Positions 58,015 through 64,000 of a DNA stretch of 64,000 nt are shown piece after piece (the stretch's first letter is position 1; each line of letters opens with the position of its first letter). Source of the stretch: an uncultured Chloroflexia bacterium (lineage in GTDB: Bacteria > Chloroflexota > Anaerolineae > Anaerolineales > UBA4823); NCBI GenBank assembly GCA_963842455.1, contig CAWJHE010000004.1, positions 746 through 64,745 of the forward strand, written 5' to 3'. The notes beneath the pieces were generated by a model. It searched no databases. It saw nothing but the letters and a program-made list of their open reading frames with translations, and was not told the origin of the DNA. The position numbers and the translations under genes are program-made.

Positions 58015-59967
58015 TCAGATTTTATTATACGCCGGATTAAAGAATTGAATTTCATCTGTATCCGGATCATACCCGACAGCGGCAACCGCATGACCGACCT
58101 CCATACCAGGTAAGGCGAAAGAAACCAGGACGGGATCGCCACGCAGAAGGCTTTCCAAGATATCCTCTCTTGTTCCTGTAGAGAAAGTAGCTTGAAGAGA
58201 GGGTTCAACCAGCCTTAAGGTGATAGTTTGTTGTACGGGGGGAACTCCGATACCTGCGTAAGTGTTTGGAAATAGGGGTTGAACATCACTTTGGGTGATG
58301 ACAGATCCAGAATAGATGCTAAAAACGACGGCAATCGAGACAACTGCGCAAGTATTGCCATCCTGTAGCTGTATGTAATCATCATTCCAGCCGGGGATAA
58401 ACCAGGGTTCATGTCCGGTAGGATCAATGTAGTTAAGCGGTGAATTTCTTGCATAACTATAGCGGTCCCAATCCAGCGGATTACCCGGATCGGGCGTGAT
58501 GCTATCCGGACTAGCCCACCTACCGAGCGAAGGATCATACCACCTTGCCTTGTAGTAATACAGCCCGAACTCAGCCTCATACGAAGCCTGGCCGGTGAAC
58601 TGGTACCTGCCTGGCAGGCCGCCCTCGGCAAAACGCAGCTCCCCCCAGGGCAGGTATCCCTGGCGGCTGAGCAGGCTGCCGTCCGTGTTGGCGGCCACGC
58701 TGGTGCTGCCCAGGTGATCTCCCAGTAGCCATACGGGGGAGGCATTTTCTAAGCGCGTGGCGACCCGCTGCGTTCCAGCGTAATAGTAGCGCCTCATGCT
58801 GCCCGTGGTTACCTCCCACTCGAAGACCTCCCCGATATACACCGTAGCCGCCCCATCGATCAGGCTAGCCACGCGTTGCCCGTCCCCGTCGTACACGAAG
58901 CTGACTTGCATCTCCCCAGAGATCACACTCACCAGGCGGTTCTCGGCGTCATAACCATACTCAACTTCTTCCGGCGGCTCGGGCGGGCTCGGGTCGGGGG
59001 TCGGGGTGGGGTCGCCGGGTGGCGGATAGGCTTGCTGCAGTCCGGCAGCCAGGGCGGTTTGCCTGGTGCTATCGAAAAAATGCACCAGGATGTCCCAGGC
59101 GCTGTGCAGCCAGGCAAGCAGCCCGGAAGGTTCAGCCCGGCTTTGCTCTTCTGGCAACGGGTAGGGGTAGGTTGGCGAACTCTGGCTCTCCGGCGGCGCG
59201 CTCAAGGTTTCCTCGGGTTCAGTCAGCAACACCAGCGGGAAATACAACCCCGGCCGGTAGGCTTTACGCACCAGGTTGCCATTGGGGTCATATTCATAGC
59301 GCCAGCCATCCGAGAGGGCTGTGACCGCATGGCTGTGCCCGCTGTCCAGGTACTGGTGATACAATTCGCCCTTCTGGCGCAGGTTGCCACTACCCGGGTC
59401 GTAAGCCATCTCCAGGCTGTAATCCCCCAAGCTGCTGTCGCCCCCACTGGCGAAAGCGCTCACCAGGCGGTCCAGGGCGTCGTAGTCAAACACCTGCGTT
59501 TGGGGCGCGCCAGCCAGGTAGTCCTGCAGGCTGAGCAGGTTGCCGCTCAGGTCATACGTGTAGCGCAGGTCTTGCAGGCTGTCGCTGTCGGCGGGCGTCC
59601 CGCTCAGCAGCTGCTGCAGGCGGCCCCCTTGTTGCTCCCAGGGGTAATAGCTGTACTGGCTGAGCACGGCCGCGTTCCCCAGGCTGCGCTGCACCAGGCG
59701 TCCGGCGGCGTCATAGGCGCTGGCAGACACGTAAGCGTAATCCCCCGTTACCGTAGCCAACTGCAAGCGCTGGTCGTAGCTGTAGCTGACTAGCTCGCCC
59801 AACTGCCCGTTGTTCCCACCCGGGTATTGCCTCCAGGCCAGTCCGTCTGCCGAGTTGTACCCCCAGGCGCTGGCAAAGGACCCATAGCTGCCCACCTGGC
59901 GCAGCTCACTCACCAGGCGACCGCGGACGTCGTAGCTCCAGCTGACGCTGCCGCTGGCATCGCTCAT
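58015..59967 (-). CDS. N-terminally truncated Rhs/YD-repeat protein with a C-terminal papain-fold (C39-like) Cys/His domain ('orphan' cassette 2)
   Basis: It has YD repeats ('YSYDQRL', 'YEYDPNGNLV', 'YGYDAENRLV') and the Rhs core end 'YYKARWYDPSLGRWASPDS..NYIDPTGH'. After that comes '..QDGNTCAVVSIA...GDPVLVSF...VGHAVAAVGYDPDTDEIQFFNP'. Confidence 0.85.
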   Translation of the reverse strand: MSDASGSVSWSYDVRGRLVSELRQVGSYGSFASAWGYNSADGLAWRQYPGGNNGQLGELVSYSYDQRLQLATVTGDYAYVSASAYDAAGRLVQRSLGNAAVLSQYSYYPWEQQGGRLQQLLSGTPADSDSLQDLRYTYDLSGNLLSLQDYLAGAPQTQVFDYDALDRLVSAFASGGDSSLGDYSLEMAYDPGSGNLRQKGELYHQYLDSGHSHAVTALSDGWRYEYDPNGNLVRKAYRPGLYFPLVLLTEPEETLSAPPESQSSPTYPYPLPEEQSRAEPSGLLAWLHSAWDILVHFFDSTRQTALAAGLQQAYPPPGDPTPTPDPSPPEPPEEVEYGYDAENRLVSVISGEMQVSFVYDGDGQRVASLIDGAATVYIGEVFEWEVTTGSMRRYYYAGTQRVATRLENASPVWLLGDHLGSTSVAANTDGSLLSRQGYLPWGELRFAEGGLPGRYQFTGQASYEAEFGLYYYKARWYDPSLGRWASPDSITPDPGNPLDWDRYSYARNSPLNYIDPTGHEPWFIPGWNDDYIQLQDGNTCAVVSIAVVFSIYSGSVITQSDVQPLFPNTYAGIGVPPVQQTITLRLVEPSLQATFSTGTREDILESLLRGDPVLVSFALPGMEVGHAVAAVGYDPDTDEIQFFNPAYNKI

Positions 59968-59981
59968 GCCGGTGCGCTGCC
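58411..59981 (-). repeat. Direct repeat copy 2 of the Rhs core (~1.55 kb)
   Basis: It is highly similar to 61458-63013. Homology begins 14 nt upstream of the ATG at 59967 and ends at the DPTGH codons. Confidence 0.85.
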
Positions 59982-60067
59982 TATTGGTTATTAATTTTGG
60001 TAAAAACTTCTTTGATATGAGCGGAATATATTATGTTAGTAAAGTACAATGGTTAGGTGTAATAATT

Positions 60068-60772
60068 TTACTCCCTTATACGCACAGGTGGATACTTCTT
60101 TGTAATCTTCCCATACCCATCCCAGGGCGTCCAATATTCACGTGGAGAAAAGTAACCAGCATCCAGAAGTTGTTCAAAGAATTCAGGGTCAAAGAATGCT
60201 ATTCCTCCTAGCTTATTCTCTGGTCTCAGTTCAGATCTGCGATATGCAGACTGTTGTAGCGTGTCAAAGTTAAAGCTAATCCCTCTTTCAGGATGAAATG
60301 CGAAAATCCTATAACTGGTAGTGGGTGCGCCCGGAATGCCACCTGTGGTTGGGATATTGAGGATATATTGTGGTTCTCCAAGTTGTTTCAGTGCATTGCT
60401 GAAAGAAATACCGAGTACTCCATTACCACCTTCGCTGAAGAATTGAATAAAGGAGACCTTACCATTGGATATATGGATCCAGCCCCCGAGACCTCTTTTC
60501 TTGAAATCAAAATAAATAACATCCTCAAAGATGTCTCGAGGGCGACCATTGAAGGTGATAGAGGATTGATCCACTTCAGGCAAGGTATTCAATAAATATG
60601 CAGCCTCATCTTTTGTTGTCCGACCTGGATAAATGCCTTTCCAGCAGGGCAGCTCACACTCCGAGCTCAGCAAAATAGTGGCACTGGATGGTTGGCAAGC
60701 AATGAGGAGAAGGATGAGTATCAGACATATAGCTAGGCAAGTATAAATAAATTTACGATTTCTGTTTATCAT
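60068..60772 (-). CDS. Lipoprotein; candidate immunity protein for the HExxH toxin domain
   Basis: It has a signal peptide with lipobox 'LLLIAC'. Its ATG is 1 nt after the stop of the upstream Rhs gene. The sequence is AT-rich like the toxin tip. No recognisable domain. Confidence 0.6.
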   Translation of the reverse strand: MINRNRKFIYTCLAICLILILLLIACQPSSATILLSSECELPCWKGIYPGRTTKDEAAYLLNTLPEVDQSSITFNGRPRDIFEDVIYFDFKKRGLGGWIHISNGKVSFIQFFSEGGNGVLGISFSNALKQLGEPQYILNIPTTGGIPGAPTTSYRIFAFHPERGISFNFDTLQQSAYRRSELRPENKLGGIAFFDPEFFEQLLDAGYFSPREYWTPWDGYGKITKKYPPVRIRE

Positions 60773-60773
60773 C

Positions 60774-63269
60774 TTAATTACCTATTAAAGAAACAGCTGA
60801 CTGAAGCCACAGTAAGATATCTGGCTGAGGAATTTCAGATGGGTCATGAACCATCCATGAAAATGCTTCGGCCAAGAAATCGGCTGTTGAGTAATTGCCA
60901 CCGCTATAACGAGGTTTTTGAGGGTCCCACCTATAAGATTCTGGGATACTATTTACTCCATTCTTCCAGCGTATTCCCGATGGTGACCCGCCCATAAATT
61001 CGATCAAAGCATCCGCCATGCCCCCACCGCACCAGGTCGCCGGGCACATGGATGTGCCAGTACTTATATCCAGAACATGGCCAAGTTCATGCGTAATCGT
61101 ATTTGTATTGATACCAGCATTTGAAAGATACACATCTTTAGCATGGAAGGGAACAATTCCTAAGATTCCGTTTGATGTGAACGGATTCACAATCCCCATC
61201 ACCATAGTTTGTATCAAATCGTTGTGATGAAAGGTGGTCCCCCCTAAGTTAGGAAGCATCCAGCCACGGCCATTTCCATCCATCAGGGTCGATAGTTTAT
61301 TTTCGATGGCAATACCTGAGTCGAGCAGAATAAATAACTCTTTCTTGGTCCAATTTCCCGCTACATTCCATTGAAAAGACAGGTTAATTGCAGCAATAAC
61401 GTCGTATTGTGTTACCTCACAATCATCCTCAGTAACTCCCGCGCCATCACAGGCCTTATGCCCTGTAGGATCATAGAATCTGATAGGATTGTTTCGTGCG
61501 TAAGCAAACCGATCCCAATCCAGCGGGTTACCCGGATCGGGCACGATGCTATCCGGCTGGGAAAAACGGCCTAAATGGGGGTCATACCATCTCGCCTTGA
61601 AGTAGTACAACCCGAACTCAGCCTCGTACGAAGCCTGGCCGGTGAACTGGTACCTGCCCGGCAGGCTGCCCTCGGCGAAGCGCAGCTCGCCCCAGGGCAG
61701 GTATCCCTGGCGGCTGAGCAGGCTGCCGTCTGTGTTGGCCGCCACGCTGGTGCTGCCCAGGTGATCGCCCAACAGCCACACGGGAGAGGTATTTTCTAAG
61801 CGCACAGCCACCCGCTGCGCCCCGGCGTAATAGTAGCGCGTCATGCTGGCGGCGGTTACCTCCCACTCGAAGACCTCCCTGATATACACCGTCACTTCCC
61901 CAGCGATCACGGATGCCACGCGCTGCCCGTCTCCGTCATAGAGGATGCTGGCTTGCATCTCCCCCGCGCTGACGCTCACCAGGCGGTTTTCAGCATCATA
62001 GCCGTACTCGATCTCTTCCGGCGGTTCGGGCGGGCTCGGGTCAGGGGTAGGCGTGGGATCGTCCTGCTGCAATGCGGCGGCCTGGGCGGTGTGCACGCCC
62101 CCGCCAAACCGGCTCGTCAGGAAGTCCCAAGCGCTGTGCAGCCAGGCTAGCAGCCCACCAGGTTCAGCCCGGCTTTGCTCTTCTGGCAGCGGGTAGGGGG
62201 AGGTTGGCTCAGCCTGGCTCTCCGGCGGCGCGCCCAAGGTTTCCTCAGGTTCGGTCAGCAGCACCAGAGGGAAATACAGCCCCGGCCGGTAGGCTTTGCG
62301 CACCAGGTTGCCGTTGGGGTCATATTCATAGCGCCAGCCGTCCGAGACGGCGGTGACCGCATGGCTGTGCCCGCTATCCAGGTAGCGGTAATACAATTCG
62401 CCTTTCTGGCTCAAGTTGCCGCTGTCCGGGTCATAGGCCATCTCCAGGCTGTAATCCCCCAGGCCATTGTCGCCCCCGCTGGCGGAAGCGCTCACCAGGC
62501 GGTCCAGGGCGTCGTAGTCAAACACCTGCGTCTGGGGCGCGCCAGCCAGGTAGTCCTGCAGGCTGAGCAGGTTGCCGCTCAGGTCATGCGTGTAGCGCAG
62601 GTCTTGCAGGCTGTCGCTGTCGGCGGGCGTCCCGCTCAGCAGCTGCTGCAGGCGCCCCCCTTGTTGCTCCCAGGGGTAATAGCTGTACTGGCTGAGCACG
62701 GCCGCGTTCCCCAGGCTGCGCTGCACCAGGCGTCCGGCGGCGTCATAGGCGCTGGCAGACACGTAAGCATACTCCCCCGTTACCGTAGCCAACTGCAAGC
62801 GCTGGTCGTAGCTGTAGCTGACCAGCTCGCCCAACTGCCCGTTGTTCCCGCCCGGGTATTGCCTCCAGGCCAGTCCGTCCGCCGAGTTGTATCCCCAGGC
62901 GCTGGCAAAGGACCCATAGCTGCCCACCTGGCGCAGCTCGCTCACCAGGCGGCCGCGGGCGTCGTAGCTCCAGCTGACGCTGCCGCTGGCGTCGCTCATG
63001 CCGGTGCGCTGCCCAATCCCGTTTACCCCCTGGTCGTAACTGTAGCTGACCGGGGCGGCGTTGGCAACGATGGCGGCGCAATTCCCCCCGCTGGCGTTGC
63101 TGTAGCTCTTTCCCAGCAAGCGGTTGAGGCTGTCATAGCTCAGGCTGGTCAGGCAGCCGCGGGCATCGGTCTGTTCCACCAGGTTGCCCAGGGCGTCATA
63201 GGCGTAGCTCCAGGCGGCCAGGGCGGTGTGCATGTCCTGCTGAACCAACTCGTCAAGGCAGCCAATCAA
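60774..63269 (-). CDS. N-terminally truncated Rhs/YD-repeat protein with a C-terminal HExxH metallopeptidase-like domain ('orphan' cassette 1)
   Basis: The 831-aa ORF opens at a TTG directly after an in-frame TGA. It has YD repeats and the core end 'YYFKARWYDPHLGRFSQPDS..RFYDPTGH'. A 227-aa tail follows, containing 'NTITHELGHVLD'. Confidence 0.88.
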   Translation of the reverse strand: MIGCLDELVQQDMHTALAAWSYAYDALGNLVEQTDARGCLTSLSYDSLNRLLGKSYSNASGGNCAAIVANAAPVSYSYDQGVNGIGQRTGMSDASGSVSWSYDARGRLVSELRQVGSYGSFASAWGYNSADGLAWRQYPGGNNGQLGELVSYSYDQRLQLATVTGEYAYVSASAYDAAGRLVQRSLGNAAVLSQYSYYPWEQQGGRLQQLLSGTPADSDSLQDLRYTHDLSGNLLSLQDYLAGAPQTQVFDYDALDRLVSASASGGDNGLGDYSLEMAYDPDSGNLSQKGELYYRYLDSGHSHAVTAVSDGWRYEYDPNGNLVRKAYRPGLYFPLVLLTEPEETLGAPPESQAEPTSPYPLPEEQSRAEPGGLLAWLHSAWDFLTSRFGGGVHTAQAAALQQDDPTPTPDPSPPEPPEEIEYGYDAENRLVSVSAGEMQASILYDGDGQRVASVIAGEVTVYIREVFEWEVTAASMTRYYYAGAQRVAVRLENTSPVWLLGDHLGSTSVAANTDGSLLSRQGYLPWGELRFAEGSLPGRYQFTGQASYEAEFGLYYFKARWYDPHLGRFSQPDSIVPDPGNPLDWDRFAYARNNPIRFYDPTGHKACDGAGVTEDDCEVTQYDVIAAINLSFQWNVAGNWTKKELFILLDSGIAIENKLSTLMDGNGRGWMLPNLGGTTFHHNDLIQTMVMGIVNPFTSNGILGIVPFHAKDVYLSNAGINTNTITHELGHVLDISTGTSMCPATWCGGGMADALIEFMGGSPSGIRWKNGVNSIPESYRWDPQKPRYSGGNYSTADFLAEAFSWMVHDPSEIPQPDILLWLQSAVSLIGN
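61458..63013 (-). repeat. Direct repeat copy 1 of the Rhs core (~1.55 kb)
   Basis: See 58411-59981. The two copies differ mainly by indels in the Pro-rich insert. Confidence 0.85.
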
Positions 63270-63452
63270 TCACGCGAAGTGCCAGTTTCGCGCACCCTTT
63301 CATTAAATTGTTAAGGTTCCAATAGACGTTGAGTTTATCGCATTTCATCCATTGCCATGGCATAAGGAAAGAGCAGATGGGTTTCCTCTCTGCTCTGACA
63401 GCGAGGATAAAGCGACAAACTCATTTGCTTTTAATGGTCCATATTTGCCAGA

Positions 63453-63779
63453 TCATTGTGATGGAGAATTCCATCCTGCATTTATATTATTAACAGCCTG
63501 TTCAAGGACACGCTTTAACCAGTCGTTTGCTTCAGGGGATGATTGATTAATGATATACGAATAGACACCAACATCTTCATGGTAAATCACCTTAAAGTTA
63601 GCCCCTTCCATGTCCAAAGTAGCGACCCTCGAATAAATTCCATCCAAGGTCTCCAATATTCTAGCGTGCATGTGTATCAGTTGATCAAGCACTACCTCGA
63701 TGTCCTCATACTTTTCCAAACCAACAAAATAATATTCAACTGTGCCAGTGTCATTTACACCGGGCTTTAGAATGACCAT
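63453..63779 (-). CDS. Small cytoplasmic protein; candidate immunity protein for the toxin tip that enters from beyond 64000
   Basis: 108 aa with no signal peptide. A GGAGG Shine-Dalgarno is followed by the ATG, 15 nt after the upstream stop. No recognisable domain. Confidence 0.5.
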   Translation of the reverse strand: MVILKPGVNDTGTVEYYFVGLEKYEDIEVVLDQLIHMHARILETLDGIYSRVATLDMEGANFKVIYHEDVGVYSYIINQSSPEANDWLKRVLEQAVNNINAGWNSPSQ

Positions 63780-63794
63780 CGTGACCTCCGCTTA

Positions 63795-64000
63795 TCATTT
63801 ATACACCCCTAGGTCTGTATTTACACTGGGCCTTGAGCGTTGAGAACTATCAATAATATACTGATAGATATCATCTCCTGAGTATCCTTTGTCCTTTGCT
63901 TTTTGAATTACCTGTTCCCACGTGAGGTTGGGCTCCTCGCGCATCAATTTTTCAGCTAGCTCTCGATCAGCCATTAAATTTCTCGCTTGAGTTCTGTATT
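63795..64000 (-). CDS. 3' end of an ORF that runs off the window (possible C-terminal tip of the main polymorphic toxin)
   Basis: The minus frame is open from the window edge to the TGA at 63795-63797: '..YRTQARNLMADRELAEKLMREEPNLTWEQVIQKAKDKGYSGDDIYQYIIDSSQRSRPSVNTDLGVYK*'. It could instead be a 59-aa ORF starting at ATG 63974. Confidence 0.45.
   Translation of the reverse strand, partial: YRTQARNLMADRELAEKLMREEPNLTWEQVIQKAKDKGYSGDDIYQYIIDSSQRSRPSVNTDLGVYK

Noticed and set aside
57984-58745. ORFs 57984-58208 and 58215-58745 (minus strand, alternative frames)
   Set aside because: They overlap the Rhs cassette 2 coding frame, which has clear YD/core motifs and a Cys/His domain. They are alternative-frame artefacts.
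58876-63314. Long plus-strand ORFs (58876-59793, 305 aa; 62175-63314, 379 aa; and several shorter ones)
   Set aside because: These are antisense shadow ORFs of the GC-rich Rhs cores. Their translations are low-complexity (Ala/Gly/Val/Gln/Pro-rich), whereas the minus strand encodes clear YD repeats.
1-64000. tRNA or rRNA genes, IS elements, transposases, integrases or prophage genes, especially flanking the Rhs array
   Set aside because: I scanned for T-loop-like 'GGTTCGAATCC'-type motifs and for recombinase or transposase-like ORFs and found none. A covariance-model search (tRNAscan/Infernal) would be needed to exclude small RNAs.

Overview
This is a gene-dense bacterial chromosomal window with about 65 protein-coding genes and no recognisable rRNA, tRNA, CRISPR array, transposase or integrase. 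The protein and repeat content suggests a Chloroflexota/Anaerolineae-like organism, but that is only an impression and I cannot verify it here. Most of the window is housekeeping or envelope genes: TetR, an ECF sigma/anti-sigma pair with an ABC-2 exporter, two tandem lspA copies, rluD, ltaE, PNP, thrC, ridA, miaB, moaA, corA, pcm and RNase J.

Four things stand out.
1. At 56.4-64.0 kb on the minus strand there is a polymorphic-toxin locus. It holds an array of N-terminally truncated ('orphan') Rhs/YD-repeat genes. They share a duplicated GC-rich core but carry different AT-rich C-terminal peptidase-type toxin domains: one HExxH metallopeptidase and one C39/papain-like Cys-His domain. Exported candidate immunity proteins are interleaved, a decayed third remnant lies next to the rnj promoter, and a further toxin-tip/immunity pair is cut by the window edge.
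2. At 11.5-19.4 kb there is a co-directional, tightly packed cluster. It combines a CDP-alcohol phosphatidyltransferase, an MprF-like flippase domain, GTP cyclohydrolase II, a reductase-only RibD, an MDR dehydrogenase, a Cys-less PTPS/QueD T-fold protein, a GT4 glycosyltransferase and a SAM methyltransferase. It is not a canonical riboflavin operon and may specify an uncharacterised GTP-derived metabolite that is glycosylated, methylated or lipid-linked.
3. Three families of intergenic repeats or motifs are stacked in the same few intergenic regions.
4. Many conserved genes are split by frameshifts, which points to assembly indel errors or real gene decay. One secreted beta-propeller gene is broken far more heavily than the rest.

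All calls come from reading the ORF translations and the DNA by eye. No searches were run.
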